Assembly: GCA_028534125.1 (NCBI GenBank)
Contig: CM052816.1
Span: 65,660,001 to 65,724,000, forward strand
DNA from: Lama glama
Taxonomy: Eukaryota
DNA: 64,000 bases
Direction: 5' to 3'
Shown here: piece after piece, positions 40,436 to 52,790 of the stretch
Position numbering within the stretch: the stretch's first letter is position 1
Layout of the letters: every line of letters begins with the position of its first letter
The notes under the pieces: generated by a model
Database searches by the model: none
The model's input: only the letters and a program-made list of their open reading frames with translations
What the model was told of the DNA's origin: nothing
Translations under genes and position numbers: made by a program

Positions 40436-43400
40436 GTGACCAGACTTGAACTTCAGATTTATCTGAAGTGATCTCCTTGTCCAGCACAGGTGAAGGATAT
40501 GCTACTGATATTTTTTTAGGGGGAGATGAAAGTCTGACAGATTAGGCTACCCCAGTTTTTAAATCATCAACTGCATGATCAAGAATAATCAAAATTGGAA
40601 GGTAAACAGAGTGAGGAAAATATGTCTAACAAGTATTCAAAAATAGGATTTTGTTATTGGGAAGAATGCTCTAATGGAAAGAGGGTTTGGGTTTCGCAAG
40701 GTGGGACTTGTGTAGACAAATGATAAAAGAGATTCAAGAGCACTAATGTGAATATGGTTGGAAAACTGAATTCTGGAATCTAAGCTGAATAAAGAAGAAA
40801 GTAAGTTGTTCTACCATGTAATGCTGTAATATGGAAAAACAGGAAAAGAATATAGTATTAGAAGTGGTAGTGGGAAAAGACAGATCAGGAAGGATGAACA
40901 AAATGTGAGGGTTAGAATTTATGAACTTCATCATAAGAAGTGATGCAATGACCAGTCAGATCAGGCGGGGAGAAGAGTCTATACTTCTGAAGGATGGAAA
41001 TGCAGGTGGGGGTTCAGAGGTGAGGATCTGTGGTGAGACTTGTTGAAGTTTGATGATAAATTTCACCAAGAAAGTTAACAAAAGGATCCAGAGGTTGATA
41101 AATACTGGACACAGAGATGGTGTTCTAAGTAGTGTGATGTATTTGCAAAGAGGGAGCCTTGTTGAAAAGTGGAGGTAGGCTAATGGACTCCGAGAAGCGT
41201 AAGACACAAGGGAATCACTCTTGGTAGAAAAAGCTTTGGAAGTTAGTGACATCAGGAGAAAGCCTGATTTCAGTGTGGTTGCACAGCCGAACAAGTTATC
41301 TTCAGAAGTGATGGAGGATGTGTGTGAGTTTGCTCACAGTATCACAAAGGCTAGACAATCCCCACAGAAAGCTCATGGGAAGGTAACTGTTGGTTGAAGA
41401 ACTGCAGCCAAACCAGGCTGGATAAGGCAGAAGGAACATATGGACAAAAATAGCAGCCAGAGATTTCTGCCTTGGTTGGTAACTGCAGAGAGTTGCCTGA
41501 AGAGGGCTTGAACATAGGAGCCTGCGTTAGAGACTAGCTTTTTGCTACAGAAATGTAAAGAACAAATCCATTCATTCCAAATGTGGCTCCAAGTGATAAA
41601 TGAAGTTTAGGTGCACCTCAAAGTATTCCTCAAGCACTGAACGATAGTTTTCTGGGCTTGTTGTTGGAGGGGGCAGACTGCTAGGTGGGCTGCTTCAATG
41701 TCCTAATGCAGGTTCGTGGAGCCTGTTGCTTGCTAGACATTAAGAACTTTCTCTGGTCTCTGGGAAGATAGAGATTATGGGTAGTTAATAATAGTTTAAA
41801 AGATGTTTGTGCAAGCTTGGTAACAGTTTTTGCAATAATTAATGGAAATCACTTAGAAAAAAATTTTGCAAAAGCTTGAATATAGAGGAATTTAAAGCCT
41901 CCTAATCAGATGAAAGCTATGACTAACATTTCAACTTTCTCCTGATGTCTCACTTTCTGTAACCATTAAGTGGACCAGGAAAGAACTTTCCAGGTTTTTC
42001 ACTTGAGTTTACAGCTCTATCTCCATGTCAAATGAGGATGGTGACCTTCCCTAACAGATATTCAGGAGCTGAATGTGTAGCCTAATTTTTAGCTAGCATT
42101 TATTCTTACGGTCTATAATCCATCATTTTACTAACATGGCAATGCTTCAGAAGTCGAAATGGCTGAATGGCTTCTAGAAAGTTCATCTGTTGCCTGTCTG
42201 ACACATTGTGATATTCACGAATGGAGCACAAACAACTCTGGCAGCTTAGATGGTATTTTCCCTGCTCATGTTGTTCTGGACTCACCAGGTAGTAACACTC
42301 TAAGCATTACATTGTCTGTCACTGGGTTACAGTGCATTTTCGATATCATGCTGCAGGCTATTAAAGGAACTATTTCTTTAATCTTAATTGGAGTTACCAG
42401 GGTCAAAGCCAAGTTCACAGAGCTCATGTTTCTAATCTTATTCCATTGCTTGTGTATTAAGCCATTTAATTTTTGAAATAGTCTTTTTTTATAACAGGAA
42501 AAAACCTATTTGTAATGTGGTCAAATGTGACCAGATTTACGCCCAGGTATATATATATATATATATTCCATCTTTTTCCATAATTGTTTAATATCCGAGT
42601 ATGGTGTACATCCTTCTGGGATTGTGTGGCTTCATGAATCTAACATAAACAGTACTGTATTTTCACAAATACATAACCAGTCTTCCTGCCTATTGTGATG
42701 GATCTTAAAATATCCTGCCACGTCCATCTCTAGTTACTCATTCTGCTTCTGTTCTAGTAATTTACCCATACATTAAAATATGCAATTATGTATTTGTGTG
42801 TGTGTATATACACATATGTATATACTATGTATATAATTATATATATTACAATTATATATTTAAATCATCAGAATATCTATCATTTGGAGTCCATATCATG
42901 AATTGTTCATTAGAAAAAATTACTTAATTTTTGTTTGTAACTGGATGAGATTCTGGTCATTTAAAAGGCAGTTTAACTTGAGAATGAGAGAAGAGGAGGA
43001 AACATGAGACCTTATCATATTTCAACAATTTGTCAGTAAGTTTTGAATCTTTACAAAGGATTTTAGCCACCTGAAAAAGTTTCTCTTCTTTTCCTGATAG
43101 TCTTCTTTTTTCAATTGTGCCTAAGGCATATTTTGCATTTTTGTGAAAATGACTAAAATAAATTATTGAAGTAAAAAAAATCATGTTTGGAACCAATCTG
43201 ACAGTCATTTTTTAAAATATTTTGTTTATTATATATTAGTATTAGCATTGTTGAAATGAAAGTAATTAGATAAAGTAAGAAATAAGGTGTCTGAGTTCCT
43301 TCTTGGATCTGTATGGTTATACATACATTTAAACAGAGATATTGAAAGAGCTATAAGCTTTTATTTCATCTTTCCAGAGGACTATTGAGAAAACTATGTG

Positions 43401-43649
43401 AATTTTACATAACCTAGTTATCAGTTACTATTCAAAATGAGAGTACAGGGGTTTGCTAAAATTTTTAAGTAAAATTTGCTTTTGATGTTATATGATTTTC
43501 CTGTGTAGTAGATACTTGATTAATATTGTATCAATCACTACTGACATTAGTACTTGCTTCGTTAAGAAGTCATCATTCAATCTCGTGATTGGGGTCAGTG
43601 AGCTAGAAGGTAATGGTGTATTGCCAAGAAAATAACAGTAAGGGGAGAA

Positions 43650-44060
43650 GGGAGCTAATATTTGAGAAGTACGTTCTATATGTTATCCACTTTATAGATG
43701 ATATCTAACTTAAAGTTCACCTCAGCCCTCCCTCCCGAAGTAGCTATTATCAACTGTCAAGTTGTTTATTAATCTGTTTTATTCTTTTATTAAATGAGAC
43801 ATTTCAATCATATAGAAAAGTGCAGAAAGCAATATAAAATCACATAGGTGACCATTGCCCAGAAGTAACTGATTTTAACTCTCTCATCATAAAGCAAATT
43901 TGCTCCAGATAATAGAAATAAATAAAATGTTATAGATATGCTTAAAATACCTTTTGGTCCCTACGTGTTCAAGCTGAGGAAAGATGAGCTTAGACAGGGA
44001 TGAAGTAACTTGCCACGTTCACCCGGCTAGTGTGCAGACCCACGCCTGGATTCTGCATGA
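43650..44060 (-). mobile_element. MIR split by an old L1-like insert
   Basis: MIR-like pieces at ~43650-43750 and ~43970-44060 (GCTGAGGAAAGATGAGCTTAGACAGGGATGAAGTAACTTGCCAC), with an L1 3'-like AT-rich block between them. Confidence 0.5.
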
Positions 44061-46080
44061 GTGGGCTTTGGTGCTTGTGTTCGTTTCCTCCATTAAACAG
44101 ACCTTCTCTGTGCTCTTTAATGAACTTGCAGCCCCAGCAGAGACACGTTTTGTGGAGCTGCTTTATGGTGGGAAAATGATTGAGCCTTTTACTTGTGTTG
44201 CACCGTATCAGTTGCCAATTAATTTTGGCACATAATGAAGTATTATATGTTCACCTGTTCAATTATTATTTTTTTGTTGCACATCAAGAGGACAAGATAA
44301 TTTGGTTATAACAGCTTCATTTACTTCAACTTAATATTGTTAGTCATTATGCTGCACAACTGCCAGGGTATAACGAAATGCACAAAGATGGCAGGGGTAG
44401 AGTGTAGCAGATAGGCATTTCTCAGTGGTTTAAATTCTGTGTCTGAGTATATCCTCTCTGAATGGAATTTATTTTTAAGATAAGGAACCATTTTTAGTTG
44501 GTTTTAGTTCTTTCCCACATCTGTCATTTACCTCTCCTTCATTATCTGTGGGGATCACAAAATATATTTCATGGGACTCATATAAACAGCTGAGACGATG
44601 TATATGATGGCATTGGACAGAGTGATTGTCCTAAAGGAACTATTCAATACTTATTTGATATGGTGTCTTGAAAACAAAACTATTTTCCACGTAGTGGTGG
44701 GGCTGGGAAAGAGCCAATATCTTAAATATTTTTAAAATAACTTTGTTTAACTGAATTCAACCAGTTGCTATTTAAAAACTAGTTTGCAAGTGGAGACCTA
44801 TTTTAAGAGGATCCTTACTCCATAGTTGATTTAGAAAAGAGAGAAAAAAAATCAATCTACCTTCTTGTAAGGGTATTTCCCTGTTGTGGTTTATGAAAGT
44901 TCAAGGAGATAAGCAAATGTTTGAGAAATGGTATATTGCTACACTGGCAGTAATACCAATTAAAATGTTATTGTTATTTTATTAAGGTGATGATGTTATT
45001 ATCATTTCATTATCTCTAGAGAACTACTAGGAATTTTATTAAAAACATACTTTTAAAAAGTTGAAGTCTTGGATAATATTATCATTTCTATATATGTGAA
45101 AAAACAGCTGCACTGGGAGAGAAATGTTGATAGGTCATAAAAATATAATGCAATAAAGAGACAACTGAAAATTCCATGATATTGTCAAGGCTCTCTTGAA
45201 ACTCAGCCATGAAACAGTTCTTTTATTTTAAGAGATCTTTCTCATTAATGAGTCATTTTGAGCTCTTTTTTTATGTGGGCACAAGGAAATTAATAAGAAT
45301 TCATTGCCATTGCTAAGGCACCCTGAATCTTATTAATTCAAATGTTGAGAGTATTGAAGCAATGAGAAAAAACAAATACTGAAACTCCATATATCTTCTT
45401 TCATTAAAATAACAAATATCTCAGATTCTTACACCAAATAACTCTGTGTTTTCTAACCTGGGTTCCTTAAGATATGAATTTTAAACATTACATGTGATTC
45501 TCCCTAGAAATATGGAGGTCTGAAAAACAAAGTAATTCCATTTAGCAACTTAAATTGCATTTAATTAAAGAATAGTTCTGACATATCAAGAGAGAGGCTA
45601 ATTAATATTTTCTAGAAGCTTTTACTTTTGTAACCAAAAAAAGAGCCTAAGTAAGTATAAGCCTCAGAAGGAGAATGGCTTTACAGAGTGAGCAATAGCA
45701 ATGGTTCTTATTAATATTAAAATAAAGAAATTGGTTTGGATTGGAAAACAGCCCAAAGCTTATTTGCCACAGAAATTTGGTGTTTTCTTCCCTTTTTGAC
45801 TCATCTTTGGAAAGCACAGATGTTCCCTACATCTGCCTCTCTCTTACTCACCCTTAGATTTTATTTACCAGCTGAACCATCAATCCTAATACATCCAAAA
45901 ATATTTTATCATGCTAATAATTCAACTGTTGGATTTGAATGCATGCAAATTTCCTGAAACCATAGACATTCCAACCATACTTGGAAAGCTCTCTGAAGAC
46001 TCTCCAAAAAAATAAATGATTGTCCCAGTGGTTACGTTTTATTAAAAAGTTTATTGTTCTTTCTAATACATACCTAGTGA

Positions 46081-46225
46081 TTTTTTTTTTTTTTGGTGGT
46101 GGGGGGAGGTAATTAGATTTATTTATTTATTTATTATTTTTAATTTAACTGACTTACTGGGAATCGAACCCATGACCTTGTGTAGGCTAGGCATGTGCTC
46201 TACCACTGAGCTACACCCTCCCCCC
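46081..46225 (-). mobile_element. Camelid-type tRNA-derived SINE (Vic-1-like)
   Basis: Minus strand reads GGGGGGAGGGTGTAGCTCAGTGGTAGAGCACATGCCTAGC...GGGTTCGATTCCCAG...AAATAAATAAATCTAATTACCTCCCCCC plus poly(A). TSD TAGTGATTTTTT at 46075-46086 and 46237-46248. Confidence 0.9.
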
Positions 46226-47218
46226 TTAATCACTGTTAGTGATTTTTTATATGAATGCATCTCTGAGCAGTGTGCACAGCTTTGCACACATTAATGCCAT
46301 CATTATCAATTTCATTAAAAAGCCACAATATAGCAAAGAGAAGAAGAAATGTTCCCGGTAATGGTATTTCAAATGCATATTTAAACAGCTTATCTACTCA
46401 AAATTCATTTCTGATGGATTAAATAGCTGTATTTCACATTTTACAAGATGTACATCTCTTCACTGTTTTTTTTTTTTCCTCAGCTTGCATCAGCTGAATA
46501 GCTCAAATTATTTGCTACTGGTGAGGCATGAAAATGTGCAATCAAAAAGGAAATGAAAGCTATAGACTGAGTGGTCTACAGGGCTTAAAAATTATGGCAC
46601 TTTTAAATCTGTTGCATTTTACTTTGCCTCAGCTGTTAAACTTTTTTTTTCCTCTTGCTGATGTCATAAGATCTATCTGGGTTGTGTGTTCACTGCTTAA
46701 TGATGACCTGGCTAAAGCCTGAGAGAACCAAGGGGTACCCAGAGTCAAGTCTAAGTAATTAGCTCAAGAATCCTTCCCACAGAAGGGCAAGGGCAGTGTG
46801 GGTTGGAAGAACGAAGGTCACTGTGGGTACATACAGTGTGTGTATCATGGACAGAAAAAGAGGAGGGAGAAGTGGAGGGGCAGAAAACGCCTCTCGTAGT
46901 TCTCTAAAGGGACAGTCTCCATAGGATTCCTTCCCTACCAGCTCCTGCACTCAGTGCTGTGGTGGAGAGCAGGGGAGCCAGACGGAGATTAATCAACACT
47001 TGTAGGATCTCACTTGACCTTACAATACAGGAGGCAGATTTTTCTCTTCTTGAGTTGTGCAACTCACCAGGTTTCACTTGTTCAGTGGTTGCTTTAAAGC
47101 TAAGAGTCAAGTTCATAGCAAGGTATAATTCTTAATGACTGGCCTTTTTGTATTAGCCTACTTCTGGCTCTTGTTCCTCCACTTCCTGATCTACTTTTTA
47201 AAATGTTACCTTAGCTTA

Positions 47219-48286
47219 TTTGCAAATAATATGTCTAATAAGGGGTTAATATTTAAAATATACAAAGAACCCCTACAACTCATTATCAAAAAACCCCAAA
47301 CAATCCAATTAAAAAATGAGTAGAAAACCTAAATAGACATTTTTCCTAAGAAGAAATACAGATGGCCAAAGGCACATGAAAAGATGCTCAACATCACTAA
47401 TCATCAGGGAAATGCAGATCCAAACCACAATGAGATATCACCTCACACCTGTCAGAATGGTTATCATCAAAGACAAAAAATAACAAGGTTTGACAAGGAT
47501 GTGGAGAAAAGAGAATCCTCATACTGTTGGTGGAAATGTAAATTGGTGTGGCCACTATGGAAAACAATATGGAGTTTCCTCAAAAAAATTAAAAATACAA
47601 CTACTATATGAATCAGCAATTCCATGTCTGGATATTTATCTGAAGAAAATAAAAACACTCATTCAAAAAGGCATATGCACCCTCTATGTTCATTGCAGCA
47701 TTATCTACAATAGCCAAGTTTTGGAAGCATGGAAGCAACCTAAGTGCCTGTCAATAAAGGAATGGATAAAGAAGATATGATATATATATATAATTCAGCA
47801 ATACAAAAAAAAAGTGAACTCTTGTCATATGCAACAACATGGATGGAACTAGAGGGCATTATGCTAAACAAAATAAGTCAGACAGAGAAAGACAGATACC
47901 ATATGATTTCACTTATATGTGGAATCTGAAAAACAGAACAAACTAACAAACATAACAAAACAAAATCAGACTCATAGATTCAGAGAACAAAAAGTGGTTG
48001 CCAGAGGGGAGGAGGTGAGAAAAGGAGAATGGAGCAAAATTGATGAAGAGGACTGATCACAAACTTCTGGTTATAAAATAAATAAGTCACAGGGATGTAA
48101 TGCACAGCATAAGAAACATGGTCAATAATATTGTAGTAACTTAATATCATGACAGATAGTAACTAGACTTGTTATGATGATTGTTTCATAATGTATAAAA
48201 ATATTGAATCACTAGGTTATACACCTGAGGCTAATATAAGTCAATACTTCAATTTTAAAAATGTTATCTTAAAAAAAGTTATCTAA
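47219..48286 (+). mobile_element. 5'-truncated L1 (ORF2 C-terminal remnant plus 3' UTR)
   Basis: Translates to L1 ORF2p C-terminal motifs (CWWKCKLVWPLWKTIWSFLK) with frameshifts. TSD at 47200-47218 and 48287-48305 (17/19). Confidence 0.95.
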
Positions 48287-48639
48287 AAAATGTTATCTTG
48301 GCTTACATAGCCTTAAAAACTGCTCTTAACCCTTTCTGTATATAATTCGACAACTGACTAACTAGGAAAATGATATAGCTGACAGCATCATTTTATCCAT
48401 AAGGAAGCCCAAGATCACAGAGTGAGCCCCTCATATGAGGGAGTGTAAGTCTGGCTCCTGACCCTTCCCTTCCAATCTACACCTCACAGTTATATTTACT
48501 CATTTTGTTGAGAACCAAAACAAGAAAGTGTATTAATTATTTTTGTAAAATAAATTTTATTTATAACATTAAGTTCTCAATTCAGGGAGCAAATTTTTTA
48601 TTTACCTTTTATTTTCCACTACGACACAAGTGTGTCAAG

Positions 48640-48673
48640 TATTGACTTATAATAAATATTGACTTATAATAAA
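48640..48673. repeat. Perfect 17-bp tandem duplication
   Basis: TATTGACTTATAATAAA x2. Confidence 0.95.
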
Positions 48674-51600
48674 AATTTAATAAATGCCTAGTATTTTTAG
48701 GCAAGTGGCCAAGGCATTGGATATTTAATTCTTTAGAGGTTTACGGATAATTTCTTACATGTGCTTTCTATGCTCAGAAGGTGGAACAATATATATTTAC
48801 TAATGGCTAAGAACATGGACATTTTAACATGAGTATTTGATTAAGCCTCAGCTCTAATATGTACAAACAAATCAAATACAGTAATACGGTTCCCTCGACG
48901 TTGCTATTTTCAGAATCCCAGAAGTGGTACGTGCATTATGGAGTTCACTACCAAGTAACATTCATGTACCTCTAGGTGGTCAGTTTTAACAGGGCGCCAA
49001 ATGTCTCTACTCTAATTCAAATTATGGAGTCCAGAAAAAATATATTATATCCTGACAGTAATCTCAGTTGAAAAGAATAGGAGAGAGTTGATCATTTTCT
49101 ACAGGCTTGCTGTTGGGTGGTGAAAGGCATTCAAAAAAGCTTAAACTCTTTTGCCAATATTTCAAGTAGTTGTGATGGTATTTAGATGGCAGACTCATTT
49201 TAAAGAGAATTGGTTTCTCACAGAACCCAGGAGAATCAAGCAGCTGGCATAGCCAGTTCGCTGAATTTGATCTGAATTGACGTCAGGGAGCTGGGAATGC
49301 CTGAGGCAGTCCTGCGTTCCTCCTCATTGTGCACTATTTTGACAGTGGTGAGAATGTCTGAGTCTTCATCATTTTCTGACAGTGTTGGCTCTGATTTTAT
49401 ACAAAAATGAAAGCATTTAGAAACTTTACTTTCTTAATCTTCCATGAGGGTTTTTTTTTTAATCCTAGGAAAACTTTTCTGCAGTAAGATTGTCTATTGC
49501 TATACAATAGGTATCTGTACCCAGATAATTTAAAGATATGTAACTGCAAAGTTTGGTTAAAAAAAAAAGTCTTGCTTCAAGGCATCATTCTTGGGGAGAG
49601 AGGTTATTTTGTAAAATTTTTTGGTAGAGACTTAAAAAAAATTTAAGACAGACATTATGTCCAAATAGAAATGTTAATTTCTTGGGTGTATCTTTTTTTT
49701 TTTAAACTTGTGGTATGGATATTTAAGCAGGGCCAGATGTCTCAGATTTAATCATTCATGCTCTTTAATAAATAACGACATGCAGTGAGAATAAAGCCCA
49801 GATGGCTGACACGTTGCACAAGTCATTGGATGCACTATATTGTCATTCCTTAGTTTCCTGAATGCTAATCGATAGATAATAAACATTAGATTATCCAAGT
49901 ATCTATTTGACAATTAAGCAACAAGTAATTACCATGTCTTCCATGAAATAATCTAGGTGGCTTATAAAAATGCACTGCCAGATATTACCATAACATCATT
50001 CGCTTTTATTTCTATTATTCTCAGGCCCTAGGCTTCCCTAAGAGACTCAGGTTTCTGGAATTCTTTTTCAAGAGTGCTCCAAAACCAGAGCTGAGTTTGC
50101 CATGATGGTTGCTGAACTAACTGGTTTCCTAGGTTGGGCCTCATGCATCATGGTGGATATTACTGGTTGTCAAGGAGTGGTTGATGAATCATAGAATCAT
50201 ACAATTTTAGAATTCTCAAAGAAATTCAAAGCTGACTCAAATTACATTTTACAGAAGGGATAATGTGAAACAAATGAGTAAGTGATTTCACTAGCTCCAG
50301 GCAACTAGTGTCAAAACTGAGCCTTAAACCATAGGTTGCTAACTTGTGATCTGATGTTCTTTCTAGTGTAACCCATCACAGAAATGGATGGAATTAAAAG
50401 TGCCATCATGGGAATGAGGGTGCAATAACTTGGGTTTTCTCCTGCCACTGACGAAGGATGGGATTAAGCAAGAGGCACAAAACTTTAACAGTGGACCTAC
50501 TTCATTGATGTGTTCTCGGTTGTTAATGGGGGTGTGGAGAGTAAGAAAATGCAATCTGGCTCCACAAAGCCTCAGCAGAGGCTCTGATGGGTCTAGGATT
50601 ACCTAGACTTTGTCAAAGTACAGAACTCCATAGCCACAGAGTTATTTTCCTAGGTATGATATCTACAGGGCCAATGTGAAAAATAAAAATAAGCTGAACG
50701 GTTGGCTTTAGACAACCACAGCCTTTTTTGGGGAGGGCATAAAAACACAAACATTATTCATCAGTTACTAAGTGGTGAGTTATTACTGGTATTTGGTGTA
50801 GAGTGTGCAGATGTGAAACCCCAGGAGAGCCACAGCTAGAATTGCCATTTAAGAACCTGCCAGTCATAGGGAAGCCTGGACCCCAGTGGAATTCCCCAGA
50901 GATGTCTTACGTGATTGGGATTCTCTGTATTTGATGATGTTGGGGAAAAGAACAGAGCCAGGGGAGACAGCAGAGCTGTAAATCAGGACTGTCCTGTAAG
51001 AGGAAAAAGCCCACGTGAAAACCAGATGTCCCTGTTCCCACCTCCCAGTAAACTGCATCCTTACTGTTGAAATGTAATGTCCTCCCTTGAACAGAAACCA
51101 TAAGACTCTTTGCTACATGGGTTCATTTCATTTATACTGCTGATACTGTTGATGTTTGCCCATTTAGTTAGTGATCATTAATATCAGCCTTAATGAGAAA
51201 GACGAGGGCATGGTTCTTTCTGGTAAACGTAAGACCCAGTCTCAGAGGTAAAAGCGGGTGCAGGTGTGCTACTAAAAACCAATATGCACCCTGAGCCCAG
51301 TGTGGGTGGAGGCCACTGTTGCCAAGCAACCAGTCTTAATGGGTCATGCATGCCGGTGAGCTTTCTGTGAGGTTGTTTCAGCATCAACCAAAATGCCCTT
51401 CCCACTAAGTCCTCCAGGAGGTGAAATTGAGCCACTCAGAACAAAGGGGCCAGGATGATCACCCGCTCAGTGACTGTAGAAGAACTCTGCTGGTCTGTTT
51501 TCTTAGAAAAATGGTAAAAAACTTAAATTTTACAGAATCTAGGTCTGCCTGCTGTAGGCAGGCTCTTGGAAATGGGAAAAGAGTTTAAAGATTATGAATA

Positions 51601-51814
51601 TTTTTATCTAAGGCATTTTAACAAGGGGATGGACTCAAGTTTATACATGTGAGATGCTCACATATTTTCTTGTTTAAAAGATTTCAAAAACTTACTTCCA
51701 GGTATCCATATTCATGTGTGAAATAATGATTGAGTTCATATAGGATATAAGAAAATACGGGTTTTTATTAGAGAGGAATATAAGGAGGTAATTGTCATTA
51801 GAAAGACTTCTTTG

Positions 51815-51944
51815 CTGATGACCATTGAACCAGAGTCAAAACAAGATTGCACTGTAATCATAAGGATGTATGCACACTTCTAAAACCAGTCCGTGTTGCC
51901 AGGGACATCACAATAACTTCTGTGGGTCTGTTTGAAAAGAGCAA
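51815..51944 (+). repeat. 130-bp dispersed direct repeat, copy 1
   Basis: Aligns ungapped to 52661-52790 with 11 mismatches by hand count. Confidence 0.95.
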
Positions 51945-52559
51945 GAGAGAATTACTTATTTTTTCTTTTATTTCTTTGACTTAGTTTGATGTATTTTTAT
52001 GAGCAATCTTGAATTTCTGAGAGCATGTCCTCTTATTCCTACAAGGATGGTTTTGTCTCGATATTCTTGAAATGGCTGTGCAAAATGGTTTCCTGGAGAG
52101 TTTATCACTGAGGCAGAGGTCATTTAAAGACAGTATTTTAAAGAACAATGTCAAAGAAAATGGCTTCTGTTTCTGCTCTTAACACGCATTCCCTAGAAAG
52201 AAGAGACCAGGAGATAATGGTTGAACCAGCATGTTTCCATAATCTTTCCTAAGGGAGTTATGTTGTATATAAACAAAGAATAAAAAGAAAAATCATGTCT
52301 ATAAACCAACGAGTGGTTTTGACAAATAGTTAACCATTGACCGTGATTAGAGCACCACAATGACCAAAGAGCCTTACTTCCAAAAAGAGTCAGATCATAA
52401 AATTGTAATGTTGGGAGAGACCAAGCAAGTATTCTGGTCAAGGAGTTTTCATACTGTGTCCTTTGGACAGCCTTTCCCACCACCACCCAGAGGAACCCAC
52501 AGAACACAGAAGAGGGGCCAGAAACTATATGGAGAATCCCAAATGGAGGATTCACAGGC

Positions 52560-52655
52560 CTAATTCAACTCTCATTTTAGAAATGAGGCAGGTGTGTCTC
52601 CCAGAGGCTAAGATGCATTCAGACACACAGCTAGTTGGTGACAATTCCAGACTAG
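52560..52655 (-). mobile_element. MIR fragment
   Basis: CTCATTTTAGAAATGAGG...CCAGAGGCTAAG...ACACAGCTAGTTGGTGACA. Confidence 0.6.
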
Positions 52656-52660
52656 ACTTC

Positions 52661-52790
52661 CTGATGACCATTGAACCAGAGTCAAAAAAAGATTTCATTG
52701 TAATCATAAGAATTTATGCACATTTCTAAAACTAGTCCATGTTGCCAGGGGCATCACAACAACTTCTGTGGGTCTGTTTGAAAAAAGCAA
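52661..52790 (+). repeat. 130-bp dispersed direct repeat, copy 2
   Basis: Aligns ungapped to 51815-51944. Confidence 0.95.

Noticed and set aside
46484..46526. Strong plus-strand acceptor followed 37 nt later by GTGAGG
   Set aside because: The poly-T tract may be a simple repeat and the peptide is unrecognised, so support is insufficient.
47384..47929. ORFs with protein-like sequence
   Set aside because: Frameshifted L1 ORF2p/3' UTR remnants, not a host gene. The same applies to 31298-31626 and 58270-58652.
48428..48441. 14-bp palindrome CCCTCATATGAGGG (also a 9-bp stem at 40450-40469)
   Set aside because: Short palindromes of this size are expected by chance in 64 kb.
51815..51944. TGATGA at the start of the duplicated unit as a C/D snoRNA C box
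   Set aside because: It lacks the purine of RTGATGA, and there is no terminal CTGA D box or terminal stem.
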